64,000 nt of DNA, from IMG/VR virus record IMGVR_UViG_3300031857_000111, positions 7,522 through 71,521 of that record. One strand, written 5' to 3'. Below, in pieces: positions 27,033 through 34,873 of the stretch. The position numbers and the translations under genes are program-made. Position 1 is the first letter of the stretch. The number at the start of each line of letters is the position of its first letter. The stretch is from a virus. The notes below the pieces were generated by a model. That model was not told the origin of the DNA and ran no database searches. It was given only the letters and a program-made list of their open reading frames with translations.

Positions 27033-27443
27033 TCAAGACGCGGCAGGGATATACGCAAAGTAGGGCACAATTACGCGGGATCGCCAGAATGGGCCTTCGC
27101 GCTGCCCTGTAGCCTCACTAGGGGTCTGTTCAATGTGTGCGACCGTGGTGGAAGCGGTTAGGCGCAACCCCCGATAAAAATGTGCTTTAATACTTTTCAC
27201 CAAAGCATCTGCCGCAGCCGTGCCTTGATTCTGCGGAACGTAAATATCAATCTGATATTCACCGGATTCAAAATCCAAGGCGCTTCTGTGGTTAGCGGCT
27301 GCTCGCGTGCGTGCGGGAAGAAAAGACACGCGAACGTGCGACCTATCGGCAGGGGGCGTAAAGGAGACGTTCTCCCAAGCGATAGGGAGGGTCGCGTCAA
27401 GTTCCGAGAGTTTCTTGTTGAGGATATTGCGGATCACGGTCAT
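27033..27443 (-). CDS. Tail terminator-like protein
   Basis: IAWENVSFTPP, GEYQIDIYVP..G, HFYRG. Confidence 0.75.
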   Translation of the reverse strand: MTVIRNILNKKLSELDATLPIAWENVSFTPPADRSHVRVSFLPARTRAAANHRSALDFESGEYQIDIYVPQNQGTAAADALVKSIKAHFYRGLRLTASTTVAHIEQTPSEATGQREGPFWRSRVIVPYFAYIPAAS

Positions 27444-27940
27444 GCGCGGATACTCCTTGCTTCAAAGACTGCATCCTTAACATATTGCTTCCAACTCTTT
27501 GTGTGAATGCGGACCATACCTTGCGGCGCCTGCCAGCTAAAACCTTCGGCAGTCGTTTTGATCGGCTCACGGAAATCATACCCGCCGAATTCAAGCAGCC
27601 CGATATAGGGCGCGCTGTTGGCTAGGTAAATAGCGTCGTGATTGCGTGGCCGGTATGACTTATAGACAGCCCAAGCCTTGCGGGTAGTAGCTTGACCATC
27701 GCGGTCTAGCGCACTCATGGCGCGGGGCACGTTAAGACCCGCTACCCAACTACCGCGCGCCTGCCCCACACTATTCGGATCATACCAAACAGGAAATTCC
27801 CCGCCGGGGCCTACTTCAGAATCAACCGGGGTCTTAAAAATGATGTCTTCAGTCAAGTAACCGACAGAATTTTGGACAACAACATTCAGTCGCTTCTCAA
27901 CCAAGTTGACAAACTTCTGCACATCGTCCTTGAACGTCAT
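27440..27940 (-). CDS. HK97 gp10-like tail completion protein
   Basis: TPVD...GQARGSW, IYLANSAPYI..LEFG, SWQAPQGMVR. Confidence 0.8.
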   Translation of the reverse strand: MTFKDDVQKFVNLVEKRLNVVVQNSVGYLTEDIIFKTPVDSEVGPGGEFPVWYDPNSVGQARGSWVAGLNVPRAMSALDRDGQATTRKAWAVYKSYRPRNHDAIYLANSAPYIGLLEFGGYDFREPIKTTAEGFSWQAPQGMVRIHTKSWKQYVKDAVFEARSIRA

Positions 27941-28311
27941 TTCTTTGCCAAGATACGATACATAACTACTGTGCCGCTTTTTGGAATTGGGAACACTTGC
28001 GTAATCTGCAATCCGGTGGAAGCCGTAGTCGGGGTTTTGATGGACATACCGGGGAGAGGGGCGAAAACGATACCGCGAGCCGCAAGATAGATTTCCGTAT
28101 CTTCGGTCCCCACCATTTCACCACGGTCGAAAGCATCGCCGCGAGAAAACGCTTTGCCGAGAATGTCCTGCGTTTCGGTGCTCGCCGTCACCGTGCCTGT
28201 CTCGGGGTCGAAAGTGGTGTTGGCGCTTCGCGTAATGCGAAACGCCTCCCCGTAGCGAGTGAGCATATTGAAAACAGTATTGTCGCGGATATTGGTATAG
28301 AAGGCGCTCAC
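27937..28311 (-). CDS. Head closure / head-tail joining protein
   Basis: YGEAFRITR...FDPETG; position after the adaptor. Confidence 0.7.
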   Translation of the reverse strand: MSAFYTNIRDNTVFNMLTRYGEAFRITRSANTTFDPETGTVTASTETQDILGKAFSRGDAFDRGEMVGTEDTEIYLAARGIVFAPLPGMSIKTPTTASTGLQITQVFPIPKSGTVVMYRILAKK

Positions 28312-28796
28312 GTCCGCACCACCTTGCCCGCGCGCATGGGAGAGACGATGTTGCGAAGAATAAGTTCAACATCGCGGAAGACAGTCACAACAGGCGCGTA
28401 GTTGGCATACTTGACGCGGATAGGACCAACCTCTTCCTCAATCGCCGCGCTGTTGCGGGTGATATCGGGGTTGAGGTCGCTGTTAATGGCACGGATAGCC
28501 AACGCGCTAACCGCATCTTTCAGTTCCTTCGGGATTTCGTTTTGGTAGATAGACCAGCCGTCTTGGCGTTCTGCAAAAGACCGAGGCCATTGAAGGGCTT
28601 GGGCTTCTGAATACTTAACACCAACCCAACGTCCAAAGTATGCGCCCTCGATGTAGCGCATAGCCTGCATGATGTGGCCTTCGGTCAAGCCGGTAGCCGA
28701 AAGGCCATAGAGCGAAGCATACGCCGTGACTTCCGCCGTAGAGACGTAGGTTTGCGCGTCGGCCTTAGCCGTGCCATCCTCAACGATAAGTGCCAC
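28308..28796 (-). CDS. Head-tail adaptor (DnaT-like phage family)
   Basis: MALIVEDGT...A.TYVS, QALQWPR, IPKELKDA, VGPIRVKY. Confidence 0.8.
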   Translation of the reverse strand: MALIVEDGTAKADAQTYVSTAEVTAYASLYGLSATGLTEGHIMQAMRYIEGAYFGRWVGVKYSEAQALQWPRSFAERQDGWSIYQNEIPKELKDAVSALAIRAINSDLNPDITRNSAAIEEEVGPIRVKYANYAPVVTVFRDVELILRNIVSPMRAGKVVRT

Positions 28797-28842
28797 GCCT
28801 TAACTCCCTATTGCGAGAGGGGAAAGGCTTTCTATAACACGA

Positions 28843-29559
28843 TTAGGCTTGACTTTCTAGGTATGCCTTATGCTCGGCCAACCATACGGCGTCGGCTTCC
28901 TCACCATTGGTGCCGCCAAGCCAAGGGCCACCCAAGGTGAAGTGAGCAATCTTAGCCGTGTCAATGTCATACCCATGCTCACCGACAAGGCAGTTCCATT
29001 CCTTCGGCAAGTCGCCAATTTCGTGATCCTGAAGCCAGAAGAAGCGATGAAGGTCGCGGCCCGGCACCGAATTGACTACTTCGGTCGTAAGCGCGGCATT
29101 GCTCGGGTGATCGCAGTTGAACAACATAACCGACGACCAATTCTTGCGGTTGTAGAGCGTCTGTGCTTGCGAATCCATCTTCAACCCATCGCGCGGCTTG
29201 TAGTTGTGCTTGACGCACATAACCGCATATTGAGGGTCGGCAAGATCAAACAAATTCTTCACATCATCCAAGAACAGCACGTCGCAATCTGCGAATAAAG
29301 CCCAACCTTGTTCCTGAATGATTGGGGTAAGGAAGCGCGAAATCGCAAACTCCGTCGATTGGGGCGCCTCAGAGATCACGTCCCACATCTGGCCCTGCTG
29401 ATAAACCACGGTGCGCCAAAGCAACCCCAACTCGGATAGGTGCCGCGCTTCAAGCGGTGTCACTTGCACGTCTTCGCTCGCCCGCGCCAAAAGGCTGTGC
29501 TCGGCAACCTTGAAAGCAATATCTTCCCGTGGATCATAACCGAGATAGACGTTAAGCAT
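28843..29559 (-). CDS. Glycosyltransferase, GT8/CDI-like
   Basis: GYDPRE, STEFAISRFLTP, GWALFADCD (DxD), AVMCVKHNY, KMD..Q..Y.RKNWSSVMLFNC.HP, HFTLGGPW. Confidence 0.85.
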   Translation of the reverse strand: MLNVYLGYDPREDIAFKVAEHSLLARASEDVQVTPLEARHLSELGLLWRTVVYQQGQMWDVISEAPQSTEFAISRFLTPIIQEQGWALFADCDVLFLDDVKNLFDLADPQYAVMCVKHNYKPRDGLKMDSQAQTLYNRKNWSSVMLFNCDHPSNAALTTEVVNSVPGRDLHRFFWLQDHEIGDLPKEWNCLVGEHGYDIDTAKIAHFTLGGPWLGGTNGEEADAVWLAEHKAYLESQA

Positions 29560-29562
29560 GTG

Positions 29563-30279
29563 TCACTCCCAAATCAAAATGAAATCATCCACTACGCGGT
29601 GAACAGGCTTCGCGCCCCAACCCATGAGAATCTTGATCGCCTCATACTGTTCCCAGCCGTAGAAGTCGTGCGGCTTCTGCTCGATACAGATGATCGGCTT
29701 GTGGCGGCGGATGGTGTTCTCGGCCCCACGAAGAACGGCGGGCTCATACCCTTCCACGTCAATCTTGATCGCGTCGATACTGCGATCAAGACCAAACTCA
29801 TTCGCCAGATACCCGTCAAGCGTCACGGCTTGTGCGGGCAAATGAGCCGCGCCGGCAATCTTTTCGCCTGACAGCGGAGCAACGTGGGTGTGGCCTGAAT
29901 TGTCGCGCTCAAACGAAATCTCGACAGGGCCTTCAAAATCGGAAAGCGCGACCTTGTGCAGAACCACGTTGCGGCAGGGTTTAGTGGGGTGGTTGAGCAC
30001 ATTGAGGCCAAAGCATTCCTGCATTACCTCAGTGGGCTCAAACGCCTCCACACGCTTGAATAGTCGGCTAAGGTGCATAGACCAAAGACCGACATGTGCC
30101 CCCACGTCAATGACCGTATCACGTCGGTCGGAAGGCACAAAGTTCATAAACTCCGCGAGCGTCTGAAGCTGATAACTGCCAACTCCGCTTTGCGACTTAG
30201 CCGCAGTTCGCTCGATCACCGGGATCAAATGTGTTTCGTCATTCGGCAACCAAATGCCGGCTACTTGCTTCACCATCAC
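29563..30279 (-). CDS. FkbM family methyltransferase
   Basis: VIDVGAHVGLWS, AFEP, TLD, IKIDVEGYEPAVLRGA..TI...KP.I.IE. Confidence 0.9.
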   Translation of the reverse strand: MMVKQVAGIWLPNDETHLIPVIERTAAKSQSGVGSYQLQTLAEFMNFVPSDRRDTVIDVGAHVGLWSMHLSRLFKRVEAFEPTEVMQECFGLNVLNHPTKPCRNVVLHKVALSDFEGPVEISFERDNSGHTHVAPLSGEKIAGAAHLPAQAVTLDGYLANEFGLDRSIDAIKIDVEGYEPAVLRGAENTIRRHKPIICIEQKPHDFYGWEQYEAIKILMGWGAKPVHRVVDDFILIWE

Positions 30280-31064
30280 TCTGCGGCCTTTACAATATCG
30301 GATTCATACGAAGCGCCGTTCTGCTTACGGGCGCCCTTAAGATGGTCAACGTAAGCAAACCATTCGCTATTCACGATGGGGTGCTGTGTGCCGTGCGATA
30401 CGTCATCCCCAAGGTTGCGGACCCGCAAGAAGCCGTCTCGCGTAGCACCAGCAAGCATCACGTCGAGAACGTGGCAATCCGTCCAGGCGGGAAGGGCGAA
30501 CACCTGATCGTGGAGATATGCTTCCCACATGAGGCGGATGAATACGCGAACATTTTCTTCGCTAATACGGAAAGCGATGATGCCGCCCTCCATATGGTTA
30601 TCCTTGCGCGGGAAATGCCCGACATGCGACCAAGACGGGAATTGCTGCTCAAAAAACTCAAGGGTGAACGGCTGCTTGAACACCGTATCGCCGTCAAGCC
30701 AAAGCAGGACTTCGGGGGAAATGTCTGCCGAGTCGTTTACAATCTGCAAAGCGGCTGCAATAGACGCAGGCTTGTGGCTGAAGCGAACCGCGTCCATGCG
30801 ATAATCATATGTCTGCCCCAACTGCCCATGACAGATGGGAGACTGGTGGCGGCGCTCAAACTCAAGCTGGCTAGGCATGGCCTTGTCCAGCGCGTAGTAA
30901 GCGACGCGCGGACTGTGGTTTGATACGTCTTCAAGAATCTTATCGCTGAAAACAAAAAGACCGAAGTTCTCGTCGGTGTTAGCGAGGAAACTATCGACCA
31001 TCTTGCGACCATAGAGTTCGTAGCCGCCCTGGCTAAAGGACGTTACAGCAAGCACCTTGGGCAT
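30276..31064 (-). CDS. Putative GT-A fold glycosyltransferase
   Basis: VTSFS..GYELYG, DAVRFSHK, LLWLDGD (DxD), WTDCHVLD, DHLKG.RK. Confidence 0.65.
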   Translation of the reverse strand: MPKVLAVTSFSQGGYELYGRKMVDSFLANTDENFGLFVFSDKILEDVSNHSPRVAYYALDKAMPSQLEFERRHQSPICHGQLGQTYDYRMDAVRFSHKPASIAAALQIVNDSADISPEVLLWLDGDTVFKQPFTLEFFEQQFPSWSHVGHFPRKDNHMEGGIIAFRISEENVRVFIRLMWEAYLHDQVFALPAWTDCHVLDVMLAGATRDGFLRVRNLGDDVSHGTQHPIVNSEWFAYVDHLKGARKQNGASYESDIVKAAE

Positions 31065-31074
31065 AAGTATCTCC

Positions 31075-31278
31075 TTAGATAGTAGTGGAATCTTCGGTTT
31101 CGACGTGCCTATCGCGAATAGCGGCGCTCAGACGCCCGCGCACAGACTTAATCTCGTCGGGCAGCGCACGCACCGAAGCGCGCACCCGATTGACCTGACC
31201 AAGCATCTTGATGTGGTCGCCCGCAATGGCCAAAAGATCGTTGAGTGCGTCGGCGTCAACAGTAACTCGCGTTGTCAT
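31075..31278 (-). CDS. Hypothetical protein
   Basis: TAATG-coupled ORF in the operon. Confidence 0.5.
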   Translation of the reverse strand: MTTRVTVDADALNDLLAIAGDHIKMLGQVNRVRASVRALPDEIKSVRGRLSAAIRDRHVETEDSTTI

Positions 31279-31715
31279 TACAGAACTTCCTGGGTTTGCT
31301 TCTTAGCCGAAGGCGGTCGGCCGCGCATCTTGACGGTCTGAGTGCCGCCAATAGTGGGCACTTCGCGCGTCACAGAAGGTGGCTCAGGCGGGGCGACAAC
31401 AGCCGTAGCCGTCGTGTGCTCGGGCTCGACTACAGGCGCGGCAGGGGCGTTCGTGACCGTGGTGATTGCGCGATCTTCATAGGCGCGCTGCGCGTCCTTG
31501 GAAGCAGGCGACCGGGGGTTATGCTCGCGGATGCGCTCGATTTCCTCTTGCTGCTTGGCAAACACCACTTCAGCATCCGTAGCGTTGCCGCCTCGCATAG
31601 AGATAATCGTCCAGTCATCCCACGCGCCGAGATTGGCTGCGTAGACAGTTTGATTCACGATGCGGGTCGCGCCTGTGCGCTTGTTCCGCAGCTTGACGGT
31701 AGGGAGAACGCTCAC
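31278..31715 (-). CDS. Hypothetical protein, possibly virion-associated
   Basis: LPTVKLRN..TG..RIVN start, Pro/Thr-rich linker, RGRPP tail. Confidence 0.5.
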   Translation of the reverse strand: MSVLPTVKLRNKRTGATRIVNQTVYAANLGAWDDWTIISMRGGNATDAEVVFAKQQEEIERIREHNPRSPASKDAQRAYEDRAITTVTNAPAAPVVEPEHTTATAVVAPPEPPSVTREVPTIGGTQTVKMRGRPPSAKKQTQEVL

Positions 31716-31963
31716 TTCTTCTTACCGCCCTTCTTAGTGCCCTTCATGTAGGCATTGCGGACGGCTTCGCTCGGGATATAGGCTTGGGCCACTACACGAT
31801 CCTCCTCATGGCGGTGCATCAGAATGATGCGCTTGGCGTAGGCGAAATCTCGCGCCTCGCTAACGGTGAAGGGCGCGTCAGGAAACGTCACCCACATAGG
31901 CAAATCCGAGTAGCGCACTCGGTAGCCAATGTCAACCCACTTATCGCGCGGAATGTAATTCAT
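31712..31963 (-). CDS. Hypothetical protein
   Basis: 4-nt overlaps with both neighbours. Confidence 0.55.
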   Translation of the reverse strand: MNYIPRDKWVDIGYRVRYSDLPMWVTFPDAPFTVSEARDFAYAKRIILMHRHEEDRVVAQAYIPSEAVRNAYMKGTKKGGKKK

Positions 31964-32271
31964 ATTTCAAAATCTCCTATCGTGCTTGAAGCATTGGTTA
32001 ACTTCTCCCGGCAGCGGTCGCACATTCGGTTGTGCGGCCCGTCACTCTCAAATGGGGTAGTGCAAGTAATGCACTTGCGAACGGCTTTGGGCAGAACAGC
32101 AAGCCCAAAGCCATCATCATCCCACTTGTTCTGGACCTTATCTACTTCCTTACCAAGCGCCTTGGCAATAGCAGAAATAGAAAAACCTACGCGCTTCCAT
32201 TCACGAGCCTGTGATAGATCGCGCTCAGTCCAGAACCCCACGTCGGGCGGCGGCTTCTTATGCCGCGCCAT
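31960..32271 (-). CDS. GcrA-like HTH plus CxxC-CxxC zinc finger regulator
   Basis: WTERDL...W...GFSISAIAKALG; RKCITC..PFES.G..NRMC..C. Confidence 0.55.
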   Translation of the reverse strand: MARHKKPPPDVGFWTERDLSQAREWKRVGFSISAIAKALGKEVDKVQNKWDDDGFGLAVLPKAVRKCITCTTPFESDGPHNRMCDRCREKLTNASSTIGDFEI

Positions 32272-32277
32272 TAAAAG

Positions 32278-33102
32278 CTACTCGGCGGCGAGAATATACC
32301 TGTGGTCATGCACGGGATATGGGTCATAGAAGGCGGGTGTGTCAACCAAAATCGTATCATTTTTGGGAGTCTGTGCGCTTTTATTGTCAAACGCCTTCAC
32401 CCAGGCAGCGCACAACTTGCTGCGTACAACGTCTTCATTGCCGAAGTTGCAGATGGAGGCGGGGATGCCGTGCTTGCTCACCATCTTCATAAGAGTATTA
32501 AGGCCGCTATTCTTGATATCCGCCTGTTGCGGATCGCCAGACACGATACAGCGGCAATCGCCAAGCCGGGTGACAAATAGCTTAAGCTGCTCGATAGAGC
32601 AATTTTGTGCTTCATCCAGCAACACGATTGCGCCTTCGTGGAAGGTGCGTCCCCGCACCATCTGAAAAGGCGCAAACTCGATAGCGCCGGTCTTGAGCCA
32701 ATCAGCAGTCTTGACCTTGCCGATAAGGCGCTCGATTACGTCCATGATAGGTAGCGCCCAAGGGCCAAACTTTTCGGCAAGATTGCCGGGGAGATAGCCA
32801 AGGCTTTCAGACTTGTCAGAACTCACCATCGGGCGGGTAATGATGATCTTGTCGGCCTTCTTGTCCAAGACCTGTTGCACCGCCCAATGCACCGCAACAT
32901 AGGTCTTGCCAGTGCCGGCGGGGCCAATGCCAAACACTTGTGCGAAGTTATTGAGAGAGTGCAAGTAATGCCGCTGCGCCGCATTACGGGGCACAAGAGG
33001 CGGGATAGAAATTAGTGGCGGCGCTTTTTGTTTTTGATCTGTTAGCTTGATGGCTTTCCGGGCTTGACGTTTCGCTGTCTTGGAAGCTCGGATAGCGGCC
33101 AT
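32278..33102 (-). CDS. phoH: PhoH family ATPase
   Basis: GPAGTGKT, IITRP, LGYLPG, RGRTF, LLDEAQN, GDPQQAD, DVVRS. Confidence 0.93.
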   Translation of the reverse strand: MAAIRASKTAKRQARKAIKLTDQKQKAPPLISIPPLVPRNAAQRHYLHSLNNFAQVFGIGPAGTGKTYVAVHWAVQQVLDKKADKIIITRPMVSSDKSESLGYLPGNLAEKFGPWALPIMDVIERLIGKVKTADWLKTGAIEFAPFQMVRGRTFHEGAIVLLDEAQNCSIEQLKLFVTRLGDCRCIVSGDPQQADIKNSGLNTLMKMVSKHGIPASICNFGNEDVVRSKLCAAWVKAFDNKSAQTPKNDTILVDTPAFYDPYPVHDHRYILAAE

Positions 33103-33174
33103 ACAAATACTCCAAAGGTGTCAGGAGGAAGTGAACGTAGATAGATGTATCACTCGGTTGGGGTGGTTTTCAAC

Positions 33175-33783
33175 TTAGGGGCGTAGGGCGCCAATCTCCA
33201 ATACCAACTTCTTGCGAATCGCTCGCATCCAATCAGACCAACTATTAGCCTCAACCACAAAACCGTCGCTTGTGACAAGGTAATCGCGTGCCCATTGCGC
33301 CGGATCGTCATGCCCTGCTTGAGTCATAACGGTTACAGCATTAATCGTAACACCAAGTTCATGCGCGCGGTCGCGCATATGTTCGGGGCGTTCACCAAAA
33401 TTGCTTTGCCCGTCTGTCGCCACGTCGATAATCACGCGCTCACAACCTAGGCGTTCGGTGTCCGCTTCAATAGTCCGCAGCACGAGGTCAATAGCATCCC
33501 CGGTTGCCGTCCATTGCGGAACGCGGTCGCGCTCTACTGCGGAAACGAGATTTGCCGCCGCAGCGATATCGCGTTGTGAACGTAGCACTGTCCAATCAAT
33601 CTCGGCTCGTGGCTGATCCTCGATCACCACGAGGCGAATAGCAAGCCCTTCTGTAGCGGCTTGGTTGACCACAGAGGGCTCGCTAAGGGCTGCGGCGTGC
33701 GCCTCGGCCATACGCTTAAAAACTTCGGGAGGGACGCTACCGCTACCGTCAAGCAAAAGGGCGAGGCACACGCCGATAGACAT
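33175..33783 (-). CDS. DUF1194 / vWA-like protein
   Basis: MIDAS-like DGSGS, TATGDAI, RVIIDVATDG..N, GVTINA, AIRKKLVLEI. Confidence 0.8.
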   Translation of the reverse strand: MSIGVCLALLLDGSGSVPPEVFKRMAEAHAAALSEPSVVNQAATEGLAIRLVVIEDQPRAEIDWTVLRSQRDIAAAANLVSAVERDRVPQWTATGDAIDLVLRTIEADTERLGCERVIIDVATDGQSNFGERPEHMRDRAHELGVTINAVTVMTQAGHDDPAQWARDYLVTSDGFVVEANSWSDWMRAIRKKLVLEIGALRP

Positions 33784-34052
33784 TACAGGATACCCACGGC
33801 CTGAAGGTAAAGATCGCGAAGGGCGCGCTGCTCTTCGCGGTCAGCCTCGTCCATAGCGCGCTCCTTGATGACCTGTCGGATCACCTTGGGATCAAAGCCC
33901 GCACCTTTGGCTTCAGCGAAAATATCGCTGATGTCGCTAGACAGCGCCTTCTTCTCTTCATTGAGACGTTCAATACGCTCGATGATGGACATGAGGCGGT
34001 CGGCGGCAATACCGCCGACTTCGGCAGCAGAGTTATGGCCGATGGTGGACAT
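33783..34052 (-). CDS. gapR: GapR/DUF2312 nucleoid-associated protein
   Basis: AADRLMSIIERIERLNEEKKALSSDISDIFAEAKGAGFDPKVIRQVI; AGGAG SD before ATG 34052. Confidence 0.9.
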   Translation of the reverse strand: MSTIGHNSAAEVGGIAADRLMSIIERIERLNEEKKALSSDISDIFAEAKGAGFDPKVIRQVIKERAMDEADREEQRALRDLYLQAVGIL

Positions 34053-34074
34053 TACACAGTCTCCTTGTTGGTGG

Positions 34075-34197
34075 TTAATAAAGAAAAAGCAAAACGAGGC
34101 CAAGCCAAGCATATCCGCCAGCGCCGAGATACAAGGCGCCTAGGATAAGCACAACGGTCAAAGTCGCGATAGCGACGTTAGAGAGGTTATTTGGCAT
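34075..34197 (-). CDS. Small membrane protein (40 aa)
   Basis: Hand translation MPNNLSNVAIATLTVVLILGALYLGAGGYAWLGLVLLFLY; TGATG coupling. Confidence 0.55.
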   Translation of the reverse strand: MPNNLSNVAIATLTVVLILGALYLGAGGYAWLGLVLLFLY

Positions 34198-34454
34198 CAA
34201 TCATCCTTTTCTTCGTGTGGGTCAGGCAAACCTGCCGCCTGCCGAATTGCGCGGGCGCAAGAGGCGCAAGCAAATCGTTCGGCAAAGCTGCTCATGGGTT
34301 GGCCAGCGGCGTAGCGCGGATCACGGAAAATTTTAATCTGCTTTTCGCAGATACGCGCGGCTTGTTCAAAAATCTGTTGCTCGGGGGTCATTAAAACGAT
34401 TCCCCCAAATGGGGGTGGCTTTGATCGGACTCGTTTTGTAGGTGTCCAATACAA
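34197..34454 (-). CDS. Hypothetical protein (start probably near 34391)
   Basis: In-operon ORF; EQAARICE...CARAIR. Confidence 0.5.
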   Translation of the reverse strand: MYWTPTKRVRSKPPPFGGIVLMTPEQQIFEQAARICEKQIKIFRDPRYAAGQPMSSFAERFACASCARAIRQAAGLPDPHEEKDD

Positions 34455-34813
34455 AGATCAATGTAGCGGGCAATCCTAGGCGCGCGGGTAGGCAACTCTG
34501 AGAGTCCGGTGCCAAGACCGTCTTCGGGGATCACTACGTCCTTGCCGAAAAGCAGCCACGCCTCGCAAACCCAAAATGGATATTCGATGGCGTCCAGCAC
34601 CTTCTCCCAATCACTATCCGAGAAAAACGCCTTGTCGCCCATATGCGGGGACCACTTGGTAGGCACCCCGAGTGCGTTGGGCTCGCCGCGCATTTCGGCG
34701 GCTTGCCCACCAAAACCGCTGCGCTGCATGTTATCCCCGAACAGGTAGATGGTGTTGGGGAAGTTGTCTCGCACGTCCTTGCGAGTGATAAACTTCTGTC
34801 GGATGAGAGGCAT
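34391..34813 (-). CDS. Conserved phage protein (YLFGDN...GGQA family)
   Basis: IYLFGDN..R.G.GGQA..MRGEPNA.GVPTK, IP.DGLGTGL. Confidence 0.65.
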   Translation of the reverse strand: MPLIRQKFITRKDVRDNFPNTIYLFGDNMQRSGFGGQAAEMRGEPNALGVPTKWSPHMGDKAFFSDSDWEKVLDAIEYPFWVCEAWLLFGKDVVIPEDGLGTGLSELPTRAPRIARYIDLCIGHLQNESDQSHPHLGESF

Positions 34814-34873
34814 AAGGTTCCTTTCGTGTTGGTGGTGTGGGGCCTTGGTATAGGACCGATGGGGGTGTGTCAA

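Noticed and set aside
34075-34197. N-terminus MPNNLSNV resembles the capsid N-terminus MPNSLSNL
   Set aside because: Only eight residues match and the remainder is unrelated, so this is probably chance.
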